From NCBI GenBank assembly GCA_013265495.1, contig MU058636.1, positions 2,108,001 to 2,172,000 of the forward strand: a stretch of DNA of 64,000 nucleotides. Direction: 5' to 3'. The number at the start of each line of letters is the position of its first letter. The first letter of the stretch is position 1. The translations under genes were made by a program, and so were the position numbers. The notes beneath the pieces are model-generated. The model searched no databases. It was not told where the DNA came from and saw nothing but the letters and a program-made list of their open reading frames with translations. Origin of the DNA: Vicugna vicugna (Eukaryota). Below, piece after piece: positions 13,515 through 24,152 of the stretch.

Positions 13515-13733
13515 GAGTTTGAGATTTGCAGATACTAACTACTATATATAAAATAGATAAACAAAAGTTTCTGTTGTGTAGCACAGGAAACTATATTCAA
13601 TATCTTGTAGCGACCTATTATGTAAAGGAATATATGTATATATGTATGACTGAAACATGACGCTGTACACCAGAAGCTGATGCAACATTGTAAACTGACT
13701 ATACTTCAGTAAGTTAAGAAAACAAAAAAAAAG
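13515..13733 (+). mobile_element. L1 3' end
   Basis: gagtttgagatttgcagatactaactactatatataaaatagataaac...A-tail; same family as 8792-9207. Confidence 0.85.
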
Positions 13734-14264
13734 TAAATATGTCTCAAATCACCTTTCTCTTTCCACCTGTCTGTCCCTCGGAATCATTCCCAGCTGCTGC
13801 TTTACTTGGCTCTGGTTGGCAGCTTCTCCCTTTACTACTTCTTGCGCATCTCTTATTTCCTTTTTCTCTCTCTACCATTCAGTGTATTCCACTAAAAATG
13901 AATGATCGCAGATCTCTTGTATGCTCAGCATTAAAGTAGGCAAATTAAAGCATAAAGGATGTATCTAATGTATTAAAGATATTTTAATCCTGTGATTGCA
14001 CCACATTTTCTACCTGTCCTGTTTACTAGTTCGCCTGATTCCATTTTTAGACTCGTTAACTCTGGTGCCCAGTTGACACTATGATAAAGAGTAAGTTGGG
14101 ACCCATGTGGCTGCTGCGGGAAGACACCGTATCATTTAAACACATACACTAATTCATTACTTCAGCTATGTGGTTTTTCAGATTTTAGTTTTCTTAGTCA
14201 CTGTTGTGTTCACAGAGCCTAGCATGGCACCATACACAAAGTAGTGCCTTAATAATGTTTGTTG

Positions 14265-14561
14265 AAACCAGAAACGGACTCAAAGACATAGAAAACAAAC
14301 CGTGGTTACCAGGGTAGGAAGGGGAGGGTGGGGATAGGTTAGGAGTTTGGGATTAAGAGATTCACATTACTATATATGAAATAGATAAACAACAAGGACC
14401 TAGTGTAGAGCACAGGGACCTTAATTTAATTTCTTATAATAAGCTGTAATGGAAAAGAAACTGAAAAAATATATATGTATATATATGTGTAACCGAATCT
14501 CTTTGCTGTACACCTGAAACTAACACTGTTGAACTGACATCACTTCAGTTTAAAAAAAAAA
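14265..14561 (+). mobile_element. L1 3' end
   Basis: gaaacggactcaaagacatagaaaacaaac...gctgtacacctgaaactaacac...A-tail. Confidence 0.85.
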
Positions 14562-15488
14562 GTCCATTAATGGGATTAAATCTCTCAAATGGGGAAAAAG
14601 AGAAAGTCTGTTAAATGAGTAAGATTGTTGGGCTGATATGGAATGAATTCTGGACCTTTTAAAACTTAAAAAGACCTAGACTTTGGTTCAAAATAATTTT
14701 AAATTTTATATAGAGCATGTCCACTTTCTAAAAATTGCTTTAATATTTTTAACATGCATTACATTTTTTAAAATAAATAAAATTTTAAGAGTGAACTATA
14801 GTTTTCAGGAAGCTTAATCTTTAAGGACTGGAAATGAGACAATAGTCATTGTTTTAAATGCTTGTTAATGTGCATGGAGTCATTTAAAACCAGCATCTGT
14901 TCTGTTCTGAGTGATGCAAACTAGCGTTTAGCTCCACGTGCTCCGAGTTCCTCTTCTGGTTTGAAGCTTGGTCTGCTACCCACTAACTCAACCACCTGGA
15001 GCCAGTTATTTCTCCTGTGTCTTTGCTTCCTCAAACCTTAGCCTGGAAAACAGGCGTAATTTAGGGAACCTCACAGACTTGTTAGGAGGGGTAAACAGAT
15101 TAATTTTAGCAAAGAGCTTAGAACAGCACCAGCCACCTAGCAAGTGTGTGAAGTCCAAGCAGAGCTGGGAATGTGTCTAGTAACGGCAACTACCACAGGT
15201 GACAGGGGTGAAAAGAAACTGAGACTGTTGTAAAACTCCTAACGGTTCTTGGGTGCCTGGTGATGCTCAATGCATTTTTATAATTATTTTCAATAAAGAC
15301 ATATGAAGAGTGTAGAGCTTCAAAACATCACACGAGAGAACAACGAGGGAGGCTCCCTGAGGCATGACACGGACTGTACACGAGCCCAGGCATCAGAGAG
15401 AAGGCAGCAGTCCATGTGCTGGGACAGGAAGGGAGGAGCCTGATGGCCAGAGGCTGGGGGGGAGAAGAGGATCCTGTAAAGGCTTTCC

Positions 15489-15610
15489 GGGAGAGGGTAC
15501 AGCTCAGTGGTAGAGCGCATGAAAATGCACACAGTCCTGGGTTCCTTCCCCGGTGCCTCCATTAAATACATAAATAAAGAAACCTACCCCCCCCCAAACA
15601 AAAACAAAAA
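15489..15610 (+). mobile_element. Vic-1-like SINE with TSD
   Basis: TSD ctgtaaaggctttcc (15474-15488) / cagtaaaggctgtcc (15611-15625). Confidence 0.85.
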
Positions 15611-16532
15611 CAGTAAAGGCTGTCCGGGCGGCGTGGGGGGTAGTTAGTAGGGTGGCCGGGCAGTCGAGGCCCGGGAAAGCCTGCAGCTGTGTGCCGGGCA
15701 GTAGGGAGCCCACCCCGTGGGTACCTGGGGAGGTGACCTTGTGTCCCTGTGCACATGACTCCCTGGGCTGCATGCTTAGAGGCCCTCCTGTTGCTGCTTG
15801 ATGCTTTAATCCCAAGAACTTCCTACTTGGCTTTCACAGAACTTTCTTGAAATTATATTTTTCCCTAGAATGCGTGTGCCCCACTGAGGGTTTCCCTGAA
15901 AGGACATGAGAAGGGCGGGAAGAAGTCCGACCCCCCCTAAGTTCTGGAGGCAGGCGTTCCCCCGCCGCTCGTCTGGAGCGGGAGCGCTGGCGCGTGCCCT
16001 GCTTCCATGATAGTGGGCTCCATCCCAGCCATGAGCCAGGGTCACCAAAATACTCGCTGTATCGCATTCAGTGCTTTCTGGGTCGCCAGGCTTCATAAAA
16101 AGATGCATCTCAAGTCTCCAAAGGATGTAGTTTATTCTCAGGTTTTTAAAACTCAGCTGAGTTTTCCAAAGTCTTCATACACAGTGAACTAGTTTTCCGT
16201 CTTTTTCGGGGGGTGATCTTGATGGTTTTCCCTGTCAGCTTTGGAACAACCGGTGAGTCAAGGATGGGCACTTTGGTTACCCATAATCTTTACTTATAGA
16301 TTTGTAAAAAGAAATAACTATAAAAAGAACTGGTACTTTTGAAGACGCCCACACGCACGGACACGCGGGTCACGGTCACAGAGTGTGTTGCTTGGGCTGC
16401 TGAGTTTGCCGTCGCAGATGGGAATCTTACGTATGAAACCTTACAAACACCATGTCCGTGTAAGAAAGATTATCTCCAGAAAACTAAGAAGTTCCATTCC
16501 AAAAAGCTACTGTAGTTTTAGAGAGTAAAGTT

Positions 16533-16553
16533 AAGAGAGAGAGAGAGAGAGAA
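16533..16553. repeat. (GA)n microsatellite
   Basis: Read directly. Confidence 0.9.
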
Positions 16554-17634
16554 AATTGACACAGTATTGCTGAACTCAAAAAATGCTAATAATATGACAT
16601 ATTAGGATGATATATATGAAAGGTTTTATGTAAGAATTTATATGATTCTTTTTAGATACTCTTCTTTTGACCCTCAGAAGAACAAAGAAAGCTGTGAAGA
16701 GGACATCTTTGTTAGATTTAGAGTCGTTTGACATTTGAGCTGACTTATTAATTAACTCTCTGATACCACCCAATCAATTCTGACAACTCACTGACCAATT
16801 TCTGTATCAATGAGGTCGGTCAGAAGGTAATATTTACTAAGCCATGACATAGGTCAGCTTAGTTATATTAACGTGTTTAAATCACACCACATCCCTGTGT
16901 GGTCAGTATTATCCCAGTTTTGTGAATAAGGAAACAGAGGCTCAGAGAGTAAGGACAGTTGAGTCGCCCAGATTCTCTGCCCCCTGAGGACGGTGCTGGG
17001 ACCAGCCCCTCCCAGCGCCTCACCGTCTTTCTCCATTTGCAGTAACTGCCTTGTCTTTCCTCTAATCCCAGGGTGGTCGTGAACTTTCAGATCGGTTCAA
17101 CTCCAATTCTTTAACCCACATCCAAAGTATGAAACCTGAATGTAAGCCAAATCTACTACTTTCAAAGAACCACCCAACATCTTATAAAAACATTTCATAA
17201 AATATATTTTGTGATCAAGTACACTTGAGGCATACAGAACGTAAAACCATGGTTTACCTGGTTTCTTCACTACGGGACTTCTTTGGGTCTTTAATGTACT
17301 AATGGGAACTCTGAATCTCCAGGGGGAGGATATTACAGCCATTGTTTCACAGGCTGTTTACTAACTCACATATTCATTCATCCTTTTACTTTGGTAGAAT
17401 CGTTCAAGGGATTAGCGTTCTATGAAACTACTCATCTTAATAGCGTGTCTTCTTGAGCAAATCACCTTCCCTCTTTGCGCCTAAATTTTCTCTTCTACAA
17501 ATGGAACTAAAGATATTCCAAAGATCCCTTCAGTTTTAAAATTCTATGGTATAGCCTCTCTCCTCTCCCAAAGTCTGGGCATTTGTGCTCCCAAGTGAAC
17601 TTGCTAAGGATAGAATAAGATTTTCTGAAAACTA

Positions 17635-18560
17635 CTCATTCCTTCATTCATGAAAACATTTATTGATTGCCATGCACTGTGGTTTCTACACTATTGGTCC
17701 TCAGGATGCAGGTGTGATAGGATTCACCCAGAGGAAGAGAGCGTCCACAGGAAGTCATGACACTGCAGTCAGAGGGCAGTAGAAACAGGCATAGATCATA
17801 CAGACACACATGAACTGATGACCAGAAAACAACTCAGTGAGAGAGAATAGAAATGCTCACAGATCCTAAGACGCACGGAGGACCTGCCTCCTCTTCGCAG
17901 GGGTGGAACAAGGCTTTCTGGACAGAGGACGTCCAGTCTGTCTTAAGGAATGGATTAGAGGAAGGGGAGCTTCTCCAGGCAAAGGGGACACGAGAACAAA
18001 AAAAGCATGGGAGATGAAGCAGCAGAACACGTGCCGTGATCTACGAGTTTGGCAGTTGCTGGAATTTAAAGTTCAAGGCCGGGGAGGGCGAGCAGAGAGC
18101 TGTAAGCTGCAGGCAGGGCGTGCTGCTGAGGGTCTTCCTCGTCAGATGCGTGAACCCGGTCCTGCGACGGAGAGCCAATGGAAGGCTCAAAACGGGGAAG
18201 TGACACCTTATGCAACTGTGTGGAAAGTAGATGTAAAGAAAGGAGGGGGAGGCAGGGAGACCAGTTAGGAGAGCCCTGCTGATGTCCAGGGGATGGGCAG
18301 CAGCTGACCCGAGAGACTGACAAGAATAAGCAGAGGAGAGGCTGGGCCGAGACACGTTCTGTGTTTAGTGGGTCCAGCCTGCTCAGCCTGATGGATCAGA
18401 GGTGGAAGGAGAGGGGTCACCTCCTAGCGTGGGTGATGTACTTGATGTCCATACAAGAGGAGAAGAATGGTGTTATGGGATTAGTTCTGGACCTGCTTAG
18501 TGTAAGGCCTTCCTAAGATATTTGTAGATATTGGAAAATTGGAGATGTTACACCAGGACC
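17635..18560 (-). mobile_element. Ancient L2-like remnant
   Basis: cattccttcattcatgaaaacatttattga L2 3'-end signature followed by a purine-rich body. Confidence 0.5.
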
Positions 18561-19308
18561 TTTCTTGGTGCATCAAACTCAAGTGGAGACTTCACTTAGA
18601 GGAGAGGATTCACACTGAAGGATGACCCCATGTGCCAGTTATTTGTTTTAGGGCGTTGGAATGTTGCAAATAAATGGCAAGTTTATCTTCAATATAAACG
18701 TAATTATTAATCAAACTTACAGATAAGTTCATTTTAATCTTATTTAACCATGGGATCATGAGGCACACAATAGGTACTGTTTCTACTTTCTGATTTCAGT
18801 CTAGTCGTCTTTAAATATATTTTTGGTTGAAAGAAGATCAACACATGACCATGAGTTTAGATTTCTTTTTTTAACCAGTATGATAAAACATAATTTAAAA
18901 TATTCTTCTTTTTACCAAATCATTAACATCGGTGTAGGTGAACTAAGAAGATGATAAATCTGCTCTTAACTGCATATATTTTCCAAACTGTTATACTGCA
19001 AGCCAAGGAATGGATTTACTTTCCCTGTTGTTGTCACAAACTGAAATATTTTCTGAGCGGCTCTTAGCGTTTCTTTCTGAATGCACGATTTAAAGCAGAT
19101 TCCATGAGGCTCCTTCTATAGGCTTAGGAATATGTCTGCATAAGAACTGGCTCAAACAATCCTCACCTGAAGTGATCGAAACCCAGACCAGAGCCCAGTT
19201 TTTTTGCAGCTCTACCAGCAAGGGGTTCTAAACAAACCGGAAGAAGGTGATAGGAAGGTTAAAGGAAGAAGGAGAAAGAGTGAACACAAGGGGAAAAAAG
19301 TCTCTTAC

Positions 19309-19455
19309 CAGGTTCTTGTAGTATTTTGTGGTTATTTTTAAACCAGGTTATCTGGGGTTCTGGAACGCCGTTTGCATGACAGTCTAGGGTCGTGGAGCTG
19401 CTGAGAGCCACTGTGTGGTCGCTGAGGTTGCGCAGGAGGTACGGTGCTTCCTGAT
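19309..19455 (-). CDS. FLT1: FLT1 exon 14 (147 bp), Ig-like domain 7; correct frame not in the ORF track
   Basis: ttattcactag|ATCAGG...GAACCTG|gtaaga; DQEAPYLLRNLSDHTVALSSSTTLDCHANGVPEPQITWFKNNHKILQEP. Confidence 0.97.
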
Positions 19456-19974
19456 CTAGTGAATAAAGAAAGGGGATTGTTACTACGCTGCAATTTAATG
19501 CTTTTGTTACAGACGCATATCAACATTTTAAAAATATATGGAACAAGACTGAAACTCCACTGTAAGGTTTCATTCACAGTTTGTTCCCTAAATTTCTCTT
19601 TGATGGTTAACCTACTGCTTCCTCTTAAGTCACTGTAATAAATTGAAATCTGTTAGAACACTGAGTAAAATCAAGAACTGAATTCTGTAGTGTTAGATTT
19701 CAATACCATGGTTTTTGCCTGACCAACTACTTTTCTTCCTTTTTGAGAGAAGCTTTTCCTAAAACCTGAGGATTTTGTATGACATTTTGGAACTAAAAAG
19801 GAAAAAAAGTCACGACTTTTGGATACAGGCTTATAATGAACGTTTACCTAAATATGCAGAGTGACAGCAATGCACTGACGTAAGGGTATGCTTTTACTGC
19901 TGTGTCTGTGAGGGCATGTCTGCGCTACTCAGCTGTCCGCAGCCTAGACTGTAAGGCAGCAGACCAAACGGGAG

Positions 19975-22900
19975 CAGTTCTTGGACTTTGAAAGCTTTAC
20001 TGATTGTTTCCTTCCTCCAGTCCCTTCCCAAATGCAAGCGACCAAAGGATCAATTCAAGAGGCAGAGGCACAGATTTGTAGGTTTTGCACTATATAATAG
20101 TACAAATACTGTATTTTATATTATTTTCTCTTAAAACATACAAATATGATACAATACAATTTATTTTAATAAAATGCCAACCAATATAGTACAACAAAAT
20201 GAGTTTAATACATTAGAATGCAATACATTACAACATTATAATCGCACACAGGAACAGCAGCACCCCCGAGGCCCCGCGAGCACAGTGTGCCTGTCGTAAT
20301 GAAGTAGGCAGTCAGTCCCGCTGGCGTGTGCACGTTCTAGCTGCGCGGGTGCAGGCTTGGTAACTCAAGCTTCCAAGGTAAAAGAATAAAGACATCTACA
20401 GTCTTTCCCACCCTCCCCAGTCATCCTTTCCCCACCTTCTTGCAAATCCTGGAACAGACATCAAGAGAGTTTTGGCATAACTTAACATATTCTGCGTCAC
20501 TGGTTTCAGTTACACAGTCTGAACTTTCTCTGACCGTATTTGATTTCCTCATCTTATTGTACTAAATAAACTGTGAAAGCAGCTTAGGAGTGATTACAAT
20601 GCTGTAAGAGATGACACCTTTCAATGGCTTTGATTCCATGTCCCTGCAGAATTCTGCTGAGTCCCCAAACCTCTCTGTTTTTATTCCTGCAGGGAAACTC
20701 TCAGGATTAGCATTCATTAAAGCAATTGAGAAATCTCAGGTTAAAAAGTATATTACCATATGACTCATAACATGTTGACAGAGTATACCATGGCAGGGTT
20801 ATTATCTGTTAGGAGAAACAGATTTCTCATTCAATTTTGATTCTATAGTTTATCATTCGTCTTTTCTCATTTTATACAAAATGAAATCTGAAGGCAAAGA
20901 AGAGAGTTGAAGGAGTGCTAGTTTATAAACTCTTCAAAAATAGCGTGAAACGGATGAGAGCGAAAGTCCTTCTGCCTGTTTCAGTATAGCTTTCCTGGTC
21001 TAGCATGCGCCCCAGGCAGACCCGTTTTAATAGTTCTGTGTTTGCATCCTGTCCAATCTGTCAAATAGCTTTTCCTAATTGAAAGCGCAGCCATGTATCA
21101 AAATCTCCAATTTTGATAAACTTTACACACTTGATCATTACAATTTTGACATTTTGCCACAGTGAAGACCTCAAACAAGTCAGCGAAACATGACAAGATA
21201 ACAAAGAACAGTATCATGTTACTCTTCAGTATCTTTTACAGGGGCAAGCCCACTTTGGCATGTCTCATTTAAAACTCAGAACAGACCCAGTTCACTGACT
21301 TATACTTGTGGTAGCTTCTCCTAGCACATCTGCTATTTCCCATGCACTAAATGTGATAAAATAATCTACCATTGCCTGTAGGTCTTATTATAAAAAGGAA
21401 GTCTGAATACATGGCCTATCACACCCAAACTCTTTTCATGGCTACAAACTAATATCATCAACACATAGGATTTGGCTTCCCTGACAGGTGAATTGGAAAA
21501 CAGTGCTGATATAAAAGAGAACATTTTCTTGTAACATCAATGTCACAGAGAAACCTCAAGGCCCTGTCTGTTCTATACAAACTGAAGAGAAGCAGCAGAG
21601 TGGCTGCAGAATCAACAGAGGACTCTGAATCAAATACAAAGTTCATACAAACATGTCTGAAACATACAGCAGTACGATTTTTTTTCCTTTGTACCCATTT
21701 CTGAAAAAATGTCCTCCTAGGTGAAAAGTCTCATTTTGGGCAAATTTCTAAATAAGCGATCACCAAAGGGATCGTTTTAGCAACTCCCGCTTTCTAGTCA
21801 TCTGTTTGGGCGCTTTCAGTAAGGAAGGGACATGGAACCCATATTTTCAAACCGAAGTTATCTGATGGAAATAGATCGTTGCATTCTAAAATGGAACAAA
21901 GTGAAGCTGATCCCTTCACATTGAGAAAATCAGAATTAACAGACTATTTCTGCTGGTTATCAGAAGCCAAAGATAGCTCCCAGCAAGTTCTTTTGAAGCC
22001 CCAGAGATGTGCCACACCCCACAAATGCATAGTTTCTTTTCTCCATATGGAACAGGGACTGAGGAACCAGCCTCGAGCCCTCCACTCCATCCAATCCTCT
22101 TTTCTTTCTCACACCCAGAGACAAGCTAATAAAAAACAAAACCTACCAAATTGTTTTTTTCTTTCTGAAGCTCTCTGGAAGGAATAATTACATCGTGAAC
22201 AATTGATTCCTCTATGGCACTTAAAAAAATCATCTCCTGGAGAGTACTGAAAATCCTCTTCTGTAAATTGGGACCCCCTTCCCCTCTCCAGGAAATGATA
22301 GGTTTTGCATGTCCAATTCACCATGTTTTTCCAAAGCAATCCCCTAAACCACTGCATTTGCTTTTCCAGCTTTCATAAAGACCAAGGCCCCCAGGCCCTG
22401 GGGTTCTAAGGCCTTGTTTCCCGAAGGAACACGCTGACTTAGAACGAACAAAGACGCCCGAGCCAAAGAGCCATCGGTAAAATTTCCAGATGCAATTGAT
22501 TATTCTTTCCTCTGGGCTGACAACTTCCAGGTTACTAATTGTTTTCGGTGCATTTGGCATTCTGGGGAAATGCTATTGTTTACTCCTTCACACTTGACAA
22601 GCAATTCCCATGTGAAAGACAAGTTTAGCCGTGGGACAGAGTCTGTTCCCTAAAGGAGGAAACAGTCTGGTGAGTTCCCAAGCCTGGAAAGTTGTCATGT
22701 TGTCACCTCCTATTGAACAGCTCAGCCACTGTGTTCTCGGCCGGCGCTATTTTGGTCATTATAGTTTTGTTTTCCAGTAGTTCACGTGAGTCACATATAA
22801 TGATCAATCATAAATGAAAACAGCAGAACCATGCATATTAAATTGGTGAAAAAGTCACTTTCCCCACAAATGTAAGCTGAACACAAGAGATTACAAATCT

Positions 22901-23748
22901 CTCTTGATTCACAAATGGTGTGCGTTTTTAAATGCCTCTGAATTCTGCTTCTCTAGTTTTGCCATTAATCCCCATTTTTAAAAATCCTGTTAACTTTTGC
23001 ATATGGCGAAAGCAGATTTTTTTAATGGACATTTACTAGCAACTGGAATTGCAGAAGAGGAAAGCGGGCCTGATCTGGGTGGACTTTCATAATTCATGCT
23101 GTGACAAAGCTTTAATCCCTTGGAATGACACCAACACCTTGCACCCCTGGGGCCCATTTTAGAAGCTCCTGTTTAAGATTAACGTGCTTACTGTAAAAAA
23201 AAAAAAAAGCATTTTCAAATAAATAAGCTTTATAACTTGCTATCCAGGTGCTATTTACAAATCAAGAGCAGGTGAAACAGTACAACATAAAACCCGGTGG
23301 AGGTCCGACAGTCTCAAATTCAACTGTACTCATTCTGAGCTGGAAAACGAACTTATTCGTGTCCATCTTTGGCAGACACCAGCCTCTGTTTAAATTATTC
23401 GGTTTTTTGCAGCTGTGACACATAAAAATAACAAAGAGGTTGGCATCAAAGTGGGAGGAAAGGGTCAGTCCCAGGTGGTGGTTTACCAGGCAGGAGACAG
23501 CAAAGAGCAGAGCACACAGAGAACGCAGGGCAGGGATCATCCAAATCCAAACGTGCACCAGGCCGGCCCCAGGGAGCGGCCCCCACGGCCTGAACGGGCG
23601 CCCAGAGCTGGGGCCGGGGCTCATTGTTACTCCTACTATCTCCAAACTCATTTTGGGAGGAGCTTCTCCTCTGAGCCGGAAAGTTAGCAACAGTGGCAAT
23701 AAATCAAGATGATATGAGACAACTGTTACTTTTTTTTTAACGAGTCCT
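19975..23748 (-). other. FLT1: Long 3'UTR of sFLT1-i13 within intron 13 (4388 bp intron, 19456-23843)
   Basis: Follows the sFLT1 stop; proximal and distal poly(A) signals present; 3' end approximate. Confidence 0.75.
19996..20232 (-). terminator. Distal sFLT1 poly(A) region: ATTAAA (20209-20204), ATTAAA/AATAAA (20170-20160), AGTAAA (20001-19996), eight TGTA motifs
   Basis: Hexamers read directly; TGTA at + coordinates 20101, 20139, 20150, 20155, 20190, 20209, 20224, 20229. Confidence 0.7.
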
Positions 23749-23753
23749 TTAAT
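23748..23753 (-). terminator. Proximal sFLT1 poly(A) signal ATTAAA overlapping the TAA stop
   Basis: cATTAAAgg; downstream U/GU-rich gttgtctcatatcatcttgatttattg containing AUUUA (23704-23700). Confidence 0.65.
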
Positions 23754-23843
23754 GTTTGACATGACTTTGTGTGGTACAATCATTCCTCGTGCTTTTAAAT
23801 TTGGAGATCCGAGAGAAAACAGCCTTTTTGTTGCAGTGCTCAC
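23749..23843 (-). CDS. FLT1: sFLT1-i13 (soluble VEGFR1) intron-13 read-through C-terminal tail, 31 aa + stop
   Basis: Exon 13 frame continues through the donor: GEHCNKKAVFSRISKFKSTRNDCTTQSHVKH*, the known sFLT1 tail (human ...QSNVKH as recalled). Confidence 0.96.
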
Positions 23844-24152
23844 CTCTAATTGTAACTTCTTTCTTCTGGAGGACTTCTTCCCCTGTGTACGTGTTCCTGG
23901 CTCGGCAGGCATAGGTGCCTGAGTCTTCCAGGGAAACATTCTTGATGGTAAGGTTCAGAGTCACGGAGTACTCCTTAGTGACAGCCGTCTTTTGCTTGCT
24001 GATACTGTGGTGCATTGTTCGGTTATTAACTGTCCGCAGCAAAATCCAGGTGATGTCTCTGTATAAGAACTTGTTAACTGTGCAAGACAGTTTCAGGTCC
24101 TGTCCTTCCGTAGGCATGTTTTCCACGTGAATGTGAAATCCATTTGGCACGT
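23844..24152 (-). CDS. FLT1: FLT1 exon 13 (309 bp), Ig-like domain 6
   Basis: ttttacag|ACGTGCC...ATTAGAG|gtgagc; DVPNGFHIHVENMPTEGQDLKLSCTVNKFLYRDITW...EEVLQKKEVTIR. Confidence 0.98.
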
